IMG/VR virus record: IMGVR_UViG_3300000117_000006
Direction: 5' to 3' (one strand)
Source: a virus
Length of the DNA: 34,845 nt
Each line of letters starts with the position of its first letter. The first letter of the stretch is position 1. The notes below the pieces were generated by a model. It did no database searches and was not told where the DNA came from. It worked only from the letters and a program-made list of their open reading frames with translations. Below, piece after piece: positions 7,008-14,895 of the stretch. The position numbers and the translations under genes are program-made.

Positions 7008-7257
7008 TTTAAAGAAATGGGTTGAGATGCAAAACGATAGATGGACAATGGATTCTACCTTTGACCATAAAAAGAAAGACCCAATCGTAGAAATGGTTAT
7101 AAGTAAGATGCGAGAGCGTAGTGCTAAAGGAATAGAAAAGTATGGGACTACACTCCAAGATTCCCCTGATGGGTTCTACAAGTGGATTCAACACGCTCAA
7201 GAGGAGGCTATGGATTTTATACTGTATCTAGAGAAGATTAAGAATTTAAACAAGTGA
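6997..7257 (+). CDS. Small helical protein (86 aa) with R-x-x-KG-x-x-KYG ... EE-x-x-D-x-x-x-Y pattern
   Basis: ERSAKGIEKYGTTL and AQEEAMDFILYL resemble the helical domain found with phage nucleotide pyrophosphohydrolases. Function is not established. Confidence 0.3.
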   Translation: MSDSLKKWVEMQNDRWTMDSTFDHKKKDPIVEMVISKMRERSAKGIEKYGTTLQDSPDGFYKWIQHAQEEAMDFILYLEKIKNLNK

Positions 7258-7751
7258 TAGAGCTCCACATAGACCAGAATATAATCGAGTACTCAAGGAA
7301 ACTGATTCGTAATAATAATTTCGGTAAGAGAGGTTTTTACGATGGTTCTCCAAGAAAGCAATTTATTGGAGTTGTATCAGAGAATGTAGTTAGAAAACAT
7401 TTAGGTTTTCCTCCATTAATACCAAATGGATTTGATGGGGGTTACGATATTGAGTGGAATGGGTACAAGGTAGATATAAAGTCTATGGAGAGAAGAGTAG
7501 ATCCAAAACCATACTACGTTAATAATTTTGTAGATGTTCAACGGAATCATAAAGCAGATGCTTTTATGTTTTGTTCTGTGAATACTAGGACTAAAAATCT
7601 ATGGGTGTGTGGTTGGATTACTAAAGAAGATTTTATGGAACAGGCTACCCTTTATAAGAAGGGAGAATACAGAACTAGAGCTGATGGTACTTCATTTGAA
7701 CTTGATGCTGATAACTGGGAGATTCAGAACAATAGATTACATAGTATATAA
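7254..7751 (+). CDS. PD-(D/E)xK-like nuclease-fold candidate (165 aa)
   Basis: GTG start in a GTGA overlap. GGYDIEWNGYKVDIKS gives a D ... D-x-K arrangement, followed by ADAFMFCSV ... VCGWI. Confidence 0.35.
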   Translation: MIELHIDQNIIEYSRKLIRNNNFGKRGFYDGSPRKQFIGVVSENVVRKHLGFPPLIPNGFDGGYDIEWNGYKVDIKSMERRVDPKPYYVNNFVDVQRNHKADAFMFCSVNTRTKNLWVCGWITKEDFMEQATLYKKGEYRTRADGTSFELDADNWEIQNNRLHSI

Positions 7752-7754
7752 CAA

Positions 7755-7886
7755 ATGAAAGAATCGGAGTTATTTAAAATGAAACACGACATTAAAATCA
7801 CACAACAAGCTCTTGTCGTAGCTTTAGAAAAAATAAAAAGACTAGAGGATGCCACTTTTGAAACCAAAGAAGTACGAGACAAATAA
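7755..7886 (+). CDS. Hypothetical small protein (43 aa)
   Basis: ATG lies 4 nt after the preceding stop. The sequence is charged and helical. Confidence 0.35.
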   Translation: MKESELFKMKHDIKITQQALVVALEKIKRLEDATFETKEVRDK

Positions 7887-7905
7887 AGACTTTACCAGAA
7901 GATGT

Positions 7906-8004
7906 ATGGGGAATGCAAAGATGGGAGCTGAATACAAAGACAGAGACCAAAGATTTGCAGTTTGCCAAACCATCTGGAAAGAACAATTTACTCCAAAAAA
8001 GTAA
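7906..8004 (+). CDS. Hypothetical micro-protein (32 aa; QRFAVCQTIWKE)
   Basis: It fills the gap before the promoter at 8011. The only support is the open frame. Confidence 0.2.
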   Translation: MGNAKMGAEYKDRDQRFAVCQTIWKEQFTPKK

Positions 8005-8010
8005 ATTTTA

Positions 8011-8040
8011 TTTGTCAGTTCAAAAATTGTTATATCTTTG
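8011..8040 (+). promoter_or_regulatory. Bacteroidota sigma-A type promoter, extended -33 TTTGTCAGTT
   Basis: TTTG 8011-8014, 18-nt spacer, TATCTTTG 8033-8040. Confidence 0.65.
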
Positions 8041-8055
8041 TTGAAAAGATAGACA

Positions 8056-8226
8056 ATGAAAATATTCAAGTTAATCCTTTTCAAGCCCCAAAACCTTACT
8101 ATCTTTCTAGGGATATTTATATTATTCGTAGTTGACTTTATCTTAAATGTTCTAGTAACACCGTTCGCTTTCTGTATAGAATATATAGAAAGGGCAATAA
8201 AGTTTATGTTAAATCAAATACAATGA
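8056..8226 (+). CDS. Small membrane protein (56 aa)
   Basis: It is the first ATG after the promoter. Its hydrophobic core is LTIFLGIFILFVVDFILNVLVTPFAF. Confidence 0.45.
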   Translation: MKIFKLILFKPQNLTIFLGIFILFVVDFILNVLVTPFAFCIEYIERAIKFMLNQIQ

Positions 8227-8228
8227 TT

Positions 8229-8390
8229 ATGGGAAGAACAAAAGATTTATTAGAAGAGCTCAACCACGAAGATAATGCTGTTGAGTTTTATGCGAGGCTT
8301 CGTCTACTGAAGGAATGCCAAGAGGACTTAATTGATCCTGAAGTATCTCCAGAGATGAAGAAGATAATCCTTAAAACAATATTAGTTTGA
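8229..8390 (+). CDS. Hypothetical acidic protein (53 aa)
   Basis: ATG lies 3 nt after the preceding stop, and there is a TTGA overlap with the next gene. Confidence 0.4.
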   Translation: MGRTKDLLEELNHEDNAVEFYARLRLLKECQEDLIDPEVSPEMKKIILKTILV

Positions 8391-9166
8391 ATACAATCAC
8401 AACACTTGATGGTAAGTTCTGGAACAAGCAAGAGCTATTAGATAATATGATGGATGATGATTTCTATTATGGATATCTTGGGAGTAATGTATTGTCTAGC
8501 TCTAGCTGTTCCAAACTACTAGATTCACCAAAGAAGTATCAAGACAGTCTAAATCAAAGATCAGGTGAGGTTCAAGCATTAAGGGATGGATGGTTATTCC
8601 ATTGTAAGATACTAGAGCCTGAAAAATGGAAAGACTTACACTTTGTAGATGTTGCTAGTAAGAACAGTAAGGTTTACAAGGAAGCATTATCTACCCACGA
8701 TAAGGTTTACACGATGAAGGAGAGATGGAATGCTGAAGATTTATCGGAGGTAGTTCTAGGGAATTCAAAATGTAATGATATATTGAGAGGAGCTAGAACA
8801 GAAGTTCCTGCTGTGGGAGAAATATTTGATATACCATTCAGGGCTAAAGCTGATGTTTTAGGAGGTGATTACATTGTGGATTTAAAAACCACATCAGGAG
8901 ATCTCCAGAAGTTTAAATGGAGTGCACAAAAGTGGAACTATGATATGCAGATGTATATCTATTGCACTTTGTTTGATATATCTTATAAGAATTTTACTTT
9001 TGTTGTAGTAGATAAGTTTAGTAAGGGTCTTGGTATATTTGAATGCAGTAAGGATTTTTATCAATCTGGTAAACATAAAACATTACAAGCGGTAAGAATT
9101 TATAGAGATTTCTTCATAGAGAAAAAGAAAAAAGTAAAAGAATTTTATTTATACGATGTACTTTAG
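8387..9166 (+). CDS. PD-(D/E)xK exonuclease (RecE/exonuclease VIII-like), partner of ERF
   Basis: LRDGWLFHCKILEP, RAKADVLGGDYIVDLKTTS and KWNYDMQMYIY match the G-x-x-x-H ... D ... D-L-K-T ... Y-x-x-Q pattern. Confidence 0.65.
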   Translation: MNTITTLDGKFWNKQELLDNMMDDDFYYGYLGSNVLSSSSCSKLLDSPKKYQDSLNQRSGEVQALRDGWLFHCKILEPEKWKDLHFVDVASKNSKVYKEALSTHDKVYTMKERWNAEDLSEVVLGNSKCNDILRGARTEVPAVGEIFDIPFRAKADVLGGDYIVDLKTTSGDLQKFKWSAQKWNYDMQMYIYCTLFDISYKNFTFVVVDKFSKGLGIFECSKDFYQSGKHKTLQAVRIYRDFFIEKKKKVKEFYLYDVL

Positions 9167-9353
9167 TAAGAAAGAATGTTATGATGATACCTACCTTTCG
9201 TTGTGTTTGGGATTGCTTGGAGAGGATGAGGTAGGTCATCTTCTTAATTACTACAGAGACATAGAACACTACGAATGCTGTAGTGGGATAGCACAAGCAT
9301 ATAAAGATTATAGAAAAAAAGATTATGAATTTGATAGAGGAGATAGCAGTTAA
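9156..9353 (+). CDS. Hypothetical protein (65 aa)
   Basis: ORF track. It overlaps both neighbours in the coupled style used throughout the genome. Confidence 0.45.
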   Translation: MYFSKKECYDDTYLSLCLGLLGEDEVGHLLNYYRDIEHYECCSGIAQAYKDYRKKDYEFDRGDSS

Positions 9354-9861
9354 CAAACAAACAAAGAAGATAGCATCAACGATAGTAAATAACTATTTTG
9401 GTTTATCGATAAACAGAAAAAATAGACAGCGTAGATATATATTGGCTAGATCTATATTTTACAAGCTATTGAGAGACAATACAAAAATGTCTTTTCAGGA
9501 GATAGCTAACACATTCAATAAGAACCACGCAACGGTTCTCCATTCAATAAAACAGTTGGAAGGATATATGGAATATGATTCTTCATTGAGAATAGATTAC
9601 ATTAACATAAACCGTATGTTTTTAGATTCTGTAGATAAGATACTCACAGAGAGATTTGTTGATGCAGAAAATGATAGTCCACAATACATTGAACTTCTTG
9701 TTAGTTTTAATGAGCTTAAAAACAAGTATGATAAACTCAAGGAGATACATAATGTTTTAGTTGTAGACAGCGAGAAGATAAACGAGAAGTACAAGAAGTT
9801 AAAAGAGTTCTCTGATGCTAGAGAAAGTTACTATGAGAGAAACGGATATGTAGTTGGCTAA
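9325..9861 (+). CDS. DnaA domain IV-like HTH protein with C-terminal coiled coil (178 aa)
   Basis: RQRRYILARSIFYKLLRDNTKMSFQEIANTFNKNHATVLHSIKQLE parallels the DnaA C-terminal DNA-binding domain (R...AR.IAMYL.R..T..S...IG..F...H.TV.H). Confidence 0.65.
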   Translation: MNLIEEIAVNKQTKKIASTIVNNYFGLSINRKNRQRRYILARSIFYKLLRDNTKMSFQEIANTFNKNHATVLHSIKQLEGYMEYDSSLRIDYININRMFLDSVDKILTERFVDAENDSPQYIELLVSFNELKNKYDKLKEIHNVLVVDSEKINEKYKKLKEFSDARESYYERNGYVVG

Positions 9862-10253
9862 TGGAGGAAAAGAAACCAAAGAAATTAGATGGGAGAAGGA
9901 ACAATGGAGCTGTAAAGGGAGTCTACAGAGGTCAAGGTCGACCTAGAAAGATTCAGGAGAAGGAAACTAATGCACTCACTTTAAAGGCTCTTAAAAAGGC
10001 TTTTGGTAGTGAAGAGAAGGCTTGGGTGTTTATAGCCGAGAAAGCCTCTGAAGGGAACTTTAATTACGTTAAGATGCTATGGGAGTATCGGTATGGGAAA
10101 CCTAAAGAACAGCAGGAACTCAATGTGAATACGAATGTGAATATTCCTGTTGTAGACTTTGGTAAGCCTAAAGTGGTAGATGTAGATCACGAAGAGATAA
10201 AAGATGCTTACTCCAAGACAAAGAGGGGTGTTAATAAGGATAATGAAGTATGA
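9861..10253 (+). CDS. Basic DNA-binding protein with AT-hook-like GRPRK motif, small terminase candidate
   Basis: YRGQGRPRK, WEYRYGKPK, and a position upstream of terL. Three micro-ORFs intervene, so the terS call is weak. Confidence 0.3.
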   Translation: MEEKKPKKLDGRRNNGAVKGVYRGQGRPRKIQEKETNALTLKALKKAFGSEEKAWVFIAEKASEGNFNYVKMLWEYRYGKPKEQQELNVNTNVNIPVVDFGKPKVVDVDHEEIKDAYSKTKRGVNKDNEV

Positions 10254-10366
10254 GTAGAAAAGGGAAGCTGTCTATATTAAGAAGGAGACGTAAATGGAGG
10301 ACTAATTCAAAAGATGAGCAAAAGAGAAACAAGGTGATAGAAGATATTTATAATAGTAAAAGATAA
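10250..10366 (+). CDS. Hypothetical basic micro-protein (38 aa)
   Basis: ATGA overlap upstream and TAATG overlap downstream. Confidence 0.3.
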   Translation: MSRKGKLSILRRRRKWRTNSKDEQKRNKVIEDIYNSKR

Positions 10367-10491
10367 TGGCGAATAGGAAAAAGATAATCGGTCAAGGTAG
10401 AGAGATGCCTTACGATTTTTGGAACTATAGAGTGAATCCAATATTAGGATATTATGTTAAACCAGAAGTAACCCCTAGAAAAAATGCATAA
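10366..10491 (+). CDS. Hypothetical micro-protein (41 aa)
   Basis: TAATG coupling upstream, and an 8-nt overlap with the ORF at 10484. Confidence 0.3.
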   Translation: MANRKKIIGQGREMPYDFWNYRVNPILGYYVKPEVTPRKNA

Positions 10492-10687
10492 AAGAAAAAT
10501 GTATAAGCTCCCTAAAAAAATATTTGATGGAATTTATGAGATAGGAGATTTTTTTATTCACAGGGAAATAGAATATATGAAATATAGGAAGTGGAATAAG
10601 GAAGTTTGGGTCATCTATAAGGACAACAATAAAATAGCAACAAAACAAACTTTGAAGGAAGCTAAATTATATATAAACAATATTTAA
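10484..10687 (+). CDS. Hypothetical protein (67 aa)
   Basis: ORF track. It ends 4 nt before terL. Confidence 0.5.
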   Translation: MHKRKMYKLPKKIFDGIYEIGDFFIHREIEYMKYRKWNKEVWVIYKDNNKIATKQTLKEAKLYINNI

Positions 10688-10691
10688 TAAA

Positions 10692-11909
10692 ATGGCGAAC
10701 AAAATAGATTTAAACCCAAAGTACCAAGCCTTATTTAATGCAGATAGCAGATACTTTGTTATCACAGGAGGTAGAGGTTCTGGGAAATCTTTTGCCGTTA
10801 ATACATTTTTAGTTCTACTTACCTACGAAGAAAACACCAAAACACTATTCACTCGTTATACAATGAGTTCAGCCTCTATGAGTATTATCCCAGAATTTAG
10901 GGAGAAACTAGAGCTTATGGGAATAGAGAACCAGTTTGAAATAACCAAGACTGAAATAACCAATAAACTTAATGGGAGCTCCATATATTTTAGTGGGATA
11001 AAAACAGCATCTGGAGACCAAACTGCAAAGCTTAAGTCTATACAAGGGATAAACACCTTTGTATTGGACGAAGCAGAGGAGCTAATGGACGAACTGTCTT
11101 TCGATAAGATAGACTACTCTATCCGTAGTAAAACCTCTAAAAACCGCTGTATATTGATTCTGAACCCTACTACAAAAGAACATTGGATATACCAAAGGTT
11201 CTTCCAGAACAGATCTATACCTGATGGATTTAATGGGACTAGAGAAGGAGTAACCTACATCCATACAACTTATCAGGATAACATAGACCACCTTTCTAAA
11301 TCCTTTGTGAATCAAATAGAGCGAATGAAGGAACGTAGACCAGAGAAGTACCACCACCAAATAATGGGAGGATGGCTACAACGAGCAGAGGGTGTTATAT
11401 TCAAACATTGGCAGGTCGGTGAGTTCAATAGGGATATAGATTCAATATACGGTCTTGACTTTGGATTCTCCAATGATCCTACTGCACTTGTAGAAATCGC
11501 AGTTGACAAAGAAAGGAAAATTATTTGGTTAAAAGAACATTTATATAAAAAAGGTTTAGTTACCTCCCAGATATATGATTACTGTGTGAGGATTGCAGGT
11601 AGAAATTTAATAGTATCGGATAATTCTGAACCTCGTCTTTTGTCTGAAATGAAGATGAAAACTCCCCCACTTAACATTACTCCAACAATAAAAGCAAAAG
11701 GATCTATTGTTACTGGTATATCGTTGATGCAAGATTACAATATAAATATTGAAGGAGAAAACCTCATCAAAGAATTTAATAATTACGTTTGGGCAGTTAA
11801 TGGAGTCAAGCCTATAGATAGCTATAACCACCTGATAGATGCAGCTCGTTACGGAATTCAATACTTACTTACTCGTTCAGTTCCTAGAGGGATGTATATA
11901 GTTAAATAA
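10692..11909 (+). CDS. terL: Terminase large subunit (PBSX / Terminase_3-like)
   Basis: Walker A GGRGSGKS, Walker B FVLDEAEE, nuclease-domain motifs DFGFSNDPTA and HLIDAARY. Confidence 0.95.
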   Translation: MANKIDLNPKYQALFNADSRYFVITGGRGSGKSFAVNTFLVLLTYEENTKTLFTRYTMSSASMSIIPEFREKLELMGIENQFEITKTEITNKLNGSSIYFSGIKTASGDQTAKLKSIQGINTFVLDEAEELMDELSFDKIDYSIRSKTSKNRCILILNPTTKEHWIYQRFFQNRSIPDGFNGTREGVTYIHTTYQDNIDHLSKSFVNQIERMKERRPEKYHHQIMGGWLQRAEGVIFKHWQVGEFNRDIDSIYGLDFGFSNDPTALVEIAVDKERKIIWLKEHLYKKGLVTSQIYDYCVRIAGRNLIVSDNSEPRLLSEMKMKTPPLNITPTIKAKGSIVTGISLMQDYNINIEGENLIKEFNNYVWAVNGVKPIDSYNHLIDAARYGIQYLLTRSVPRGMYIVK

Positions 11910-11961
11910 TTTTTGTATATTAGTAAAGTCTTTATTAGACCTTTTTTCATTGATTTGGGAG

Positions 11962-11992
11962 GGAGCATCAGAAACGGTGCTCTCTTTTTTTT
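11962..11992 (+). terminator. Rho-independent terminator after terL
   Basis: Stem GGAGCATC / GGTGCTCT (with G-U pairs), loop AGAAAC, then a T run at 11985-11992. Confidence 0.7.
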
Positions 11993-12000
11993 ATAATTTA

Positions 12001-12032
12001 TTTGGCAGTTCTAAAATATTGTTATATGTTTG
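12001..12032 (+). promoter_or_regulatory. Bacteroidota sigma-A type promoter, extended -33 TTTGGCAGTTCTAAA
   Basis: TTTG 12001-12004, 20-nt spacer, TATGTTTG 12025-12032. Confidence 0.7.
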
Positions 12033-12200
12033 TCCTGTCAATAATGACACATAATTAATAAAAGGGGTTAAGAGCCTCACGAAAAATTCGAGATATTAGA
12101 TAATTTATTTTCAGTAAAAGATTGTGACCGTTTAGAGGAACAATTAAAAGCGTTAAGTTTTTTAGCGAAACTATGTGATGAAGCATTTGATAATGACTTT

Positions 12201-12410
12201 ATGGAAAGGGCAGAAGAATTGCTCGATGCTATCCATACCTTGAAAAAAGGTTTAAATATTCCTATATTCGAGGATGATTATGAAGAGCGTATTTTCATTG
12301 AAGCATTTTTTGCTAAACAAGAATACTTGATAGACAAAGAAAAGAATGATCCTTTACGGATTGCAGTAAATGATTTAGAAAAGAATTTACTAAACTTAAA
12401 AGGATTTTGA
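12201..12410 (+). CDS. Hypothetical protein (69 aa)
   Basis: ORF track. The frame is also open upstream from 12072, but without a canonical start codon. Confidence 0.55.
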   Translation: MERAEELLDAIHTLKKGLNIPIFEDDYEERIFIEAFFAKQEYLIDKEKNDPLRIAVNDLEKNLLNLKGF

Positions 12411-12433
12411 TTCTTTAGTCTAATGCTGAATGT

Positions 12434-12468
12434 AAAAGGGGAAAGTAAAATTTCCCTTTTTTTTATAT
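12434..12468 (+). terminator. Rho-independent terminator
   Basis: AAAGGGGAAA / TTTCCCTTT hairpin, loop GTAAAA, then a T run. Confidence 0.75.
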
Positions 12469-12473
12469 AAATA

Positions 12474-12505
12474 TTTGGCAGTTCTAAAAAAAGTATTTAT
12501 ATTTG
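12474..12505 (+). promoter_or_regulatory. Bacteroidota sigma-A type promoter, extended -33 TTTGGCAGTTCTAAA (near-duplicate of 12001-12032)
   Basis: TTTG 12474-12477, 20-nt spacer, TATATTTG 12498-12505. Confidence 0.7.
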
Positions 12506-12527
12506 AACAAATATTAAAACAATAATT

Positions 12528-12761
12528 ATGGAAAACACAGAATTTCAACAAGTATTAGAGATCTACAAAGACCTTTCGCTTAACCAGATGGAGCACCTGC
12601 TCAACCTTATGTGGAAGCATATTGAAATACCTCACTACCAAGATGGAGTTGTTAGATCCTTTGAAGTAGAAAGCGTATGTTTGAATGGAGCAATATTACA
12701 AATCAACACAGATGTATTTGCTAACCATTGTATAAACCTAAACAAGAACAACGATGAATAA
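12528..12761 (+). CDS. Hypothetical protein (77 aa)
   Basis: ORF track. It is the first ATG after the promoter. Confidence 0.55.
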   Translation: MENTEFQQVLEIYKDLSLNQMEHLLNLMWKHIEIPHYQDGVVRSFEVESVCLNGAILQINTDVFANHCINLNKNNDE

Positions 12762-13029
12762 AAGAGAGAAAGTTTACAACGCAATTAAATCAGCTAACGG
12801 TTTAATATTTAGTATTGAGTTTGTTAAAGCTGACCAAACTAAAAGAAAGATGATTTGCCGTAGTGGAGTTAAGAAACATCTTAATCCAAACGGTAAGAGA
12901 ATAAAAACCTCCCATCCATTAGATATTGGGAAGATGAGAGTATTTGACCTAGAAAAGAATCAGTATAGATTCATTAACCTAGATAATGCTTATAGAATTA
13001 CAATTAACGGTAAAAGCTACGAGATATGA
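12754..13029 (+). CDS. Small beta-rich protein (91 aa) resembling the phage SH3-barrel / DUF2693-type family
   Basis: FSIEFVKADQTKRKMICRSGVKKHL ... MRVFDLEKNQYRFINLDNAYRITINGKSYEI fits that family's pattern from memory. Confidence 0.35.
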   Translation: MNKREKVYNAIKSANGLIFSIEFVKADQTKRKMICRSGVKKHLNPNGKRIKTSHPLDIGKMRVFDLEKNQYRFINLDNAYRITINGKSYEI

Positions 13030-13262
13030 AAATAGATGTAAGAGAAGGAGTTCAAATAGATATTAGGAGTGATAAGTCTATGTATATTACAATAGGTGAA
13101 TACACATACTACATTGACGATTCAACTGGGGAGCAAGTTATGGACTATTGGAAAACTAATAGTCCTAATGAAGATGCTATAGATAGTAATATCCCACAAA
13201 ACCCACACCAAGTATATGATGAATGGGTTAGCTGGGCAGACTTTTTAGGAACTGAAAACTAA
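13026..13262 (+). CDS. Hypothetical protein (78 aa), C-terminal YDEWVSWADFLGT motif
   Basis: ORF track, with ATGA coupling. Confidence 0.5.
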   Translation: MKIDVREGVQIDIRSDKSMYITIGEYTYYIDDSTGEQVMDYWKTNSPNEDAIDSNIPQNPHQVYDEWVSWADFLGTEN

Positions 13263-13267
13263 TTGAT

Positions 13268-13438
13268 ATGGTACATTTATCTGATAAAATAAGGAACGTG
13301 AATCTAAAGATATCCAGAGACGAACTCGACATACTACAGGATTTAATTGCTCAAAGGATGGGAGAAGATAAAAATTATAACGTCTTTGATGAGGAGCTCC
13401 ACGAACTGATGCGTTCAATAGAATCTCAAACGATGTAA
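13268..13438 (+). CDS. Hypothetical protein (56 aa)
   Basis: ATG 13268 to TAA 13436-13438. The sequence is charged and helical. The ORF is below the ORF-track length cut-off. Confidence 0.4.
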   Translation: MVHLSDKIRNVNLKISRDELDILQDLIAQRMGEDKNYNVFDEELHELMRSIESQTM

Positions 13439-13501
13439 ATTCAATAGGGGTAGCAATTCAATACCCCTTTGTGAATTCAATACCTATAAATTCAATAGGG
13501 T
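13438..13501 (+). repeat. Array of four AATTCAATA boxes
   Basis: Exact 9-mers lie at 13438, 13455, 13474 and 13489. The flanks of boxes 1 and 2 form a hairpin, AGGGGTA (13446-13452) / TACCCCT (13462-13468). Confidence 0.8.
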
Positions 13502-13503
13502 AC

Positions 13504-13528
13504 GAAGGGCTGCGAAGCCCTTTTTTTA
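13504..13528 (+). terminator. Rho-independent terminator
   Basis: AAGGGC / GCCCTT stem, loop TGCGAA, then a run of seven T. Confidence 0.7.
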
Positions 13529-13583
13529 TTGGGGTTATGCTTATTTAGACTAAATATAAATTAACAAATTATCAACAAAAAAT

Positions 13584-13614
13584 TTTTTAGTCTTACCAAA
13601 TTGTTCCATATTTG
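13584..13614 (+). promoter_or_regulatory. Weaker promoter-like element (TTTT ... CATATTTG)
   Basis: CATATTTG at 13607-13614, with only TTTT at the -33 position. It is the only candidate driving the 13774 gene. Confidence 0.3.
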
Positions 13615-13662
13615 CAATGAGCAAAAAAGCTCAAAAGCAAATATTAACTAATTCAAATAATA

Positions 13663-13770
13663 ATGGAAAAAAAGATCATTACATTAATTGACAAAGCAAG
13701 TAAGTATTTAACCTATTTATTTATTCCCTTTTTTATATGGGTATTTATTCAAATAATCTTAAAAGCTTAA
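13663..13770 (+). CDS. Hypothetical small membrane protein (35 aa)
   Basis: Hydrophobic LTYLFIPFFIWVFIQIIL. It ends 3 nt before the next ATG. Confidence 0.3.
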   Translation: MEKKIITLIDKASKYLTYLFIPFFIWVFIQIILKA

Positions 13771-13773
13771 CCA

Positions 13774-14517
13774 ATGGAAAAAGTACAAAAGATTATTAAA
13801 GAAATATCAGAAAAAAAGGAGCGACCAAAAACGCTCCTTTCAACTGGAATAAGCAACAGCAAAACGGCTAAAAACAGCCTAAAAACTTTTATTTTATATT
13901 TAGCTCCCTATAATCAAAACAGCAAAAAGCATAATCTTTGCCCAATGGCGAGCAAAGGATGTGCGGCTGCTTGTTTATTTACTGCTGGACGTGGAGTTAT
14001 GGCTCCTGTAATTGCTGGACGTGTTAAAAAGACTGAATATTTTTTAAGAGACAAAAAAGCATTCATACAACAATTAGCAAAAGAAATAGAAACTAAATGC
14101 TTGACAGCTTATAAAAGAAATGAAAAAATAGCTTTTCGGCTTAACGGTACATCGGACGTTGATTTTGTTTATTTGCTTAAAAAATATGCTAATTTTGATA
14201 TAAGTAAATATAAAGACGTTGCCGTATGGTACGACTATACAAAATTGATATCTAAAATAAAAAGGTACAAAGATCATGTAAACTACTTTTTAACTTTTTC
14301 TAGATCAGAAGATAATGAGTCCGCAGCTATTGCAGCTCTAAATGAGGGTGCAAATGTTGCCGCAGTTTTTAGAGACGAGCTCCCTAATTATTGGCGAGGC
14401 TATAAAGTAATTGACGGAGACAAAAGCGATCTATTGATGATATACAATAAAAACATCGTTTTGGGGCTGCGTGCAAAAGGTGACGCAAAAACAGACAAAA
14501 CAGGATTCGTAATTTAA
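13774..14517 (+). CDS. Conserved phage protein with C-x6-C-x3-C cluster (247 aa), resembles the GP88 family
   Basis: LCPMASKGCAAACLFTAGRG followed by FRLNGTSD and VIDGDKSDL. The family resemblance is recalled, not searched, and no function is known. Confidence 0.35.
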   Translation: MEKVQKIIKEISEKKERPKTLLSTGISNSKTAKNSLKTFILYLAPYNQNSKKHNLCPMASKGCAAACLFTAGRGVMAPVIAGRVKKTEYFLRDKKAFIQQLAKEIETKCLTAYKRNEKIAFRLNGTSDVDFVYLLKKYANFDISKYKDVAVWYDYTKLISKIKRYKDHVNYFLTFSRSEDNESAAIAALNEGANVAAVFRDELPNYWRGYKVIDGDKSDLLMIYNKNIVLGLRAKGDAKTDKTGFVI

Positions 14518-14527
14518 AAATAATAAT

Positions 14528-14689
14528 ATGAGAAAACATACTTTTAAATTGTGGTACGTTTACAAAGAAAATTTACAGTTTTTAGAATATACTAAAATTT
14601 GTAAGTACCCAAAAAAAACTAAACTTTATAGGGATCTAATATATTTATTAGATAACGACAACAGGACAATAAGAATAGATATAAATTAA
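14528..14689 (+). CDS. Hypothetical protein (53 aa)
   Basis: ATG 14528 to TAA 14687-14689. Confidence 0.35.
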   Translation: MRKHTFKLWYVYKENLQFLEYTKICKYPKKTKLYRDLIYLLDNDNRTIRIDIN

Positions 14690-14701
14690 AATATTTTAAC
14701 A

Positions 14702-14839
14702 ATGAGCAAAAACAAAATACAATTCGATCATAATATAAAAAAGATAAAAAGACAACAACAAGAAGAAAGGGAGAAAATAATTGAGAAAATACATAATTCT
14801 TGGATGTTCCCTACATTCGGCAAAGCAAATAAATATTAA
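14702..14839 (+). CDS. Hypothetical basic protein (45 aa)
   Basis: ATG 14702 to TAA 14837-14839. Confidence 0.35.
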   Translation: MSKNKIQFDHNIKKIKRQQQEEREKIIEKIHNSWMFPTFGKANKY

Positions 14840-14864
14840 AGTTAAATAAATATTAAATAAATTT

Positions 14865-14890
14865 AGCCTTCTTTTTAGGGGGCTTTTTTT
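14865..14890 (+). terminator. Probable rho-independent terminator
   Basis: AGCCTTC / GGGGGCT stem (two G-U pairs), loop TTTTTA, then a run of seven T. Confidence 0.5.
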
Positions 14891-14895
14891 ATGGG

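Noticed and set aside
13438-13501. AATTCAATA array as a CRISPR array
   Set aside because: The repeat core is only 9 bp, with 6-10 bp between copies. There are four copies and no cas genes. This is not CRISPR-like.
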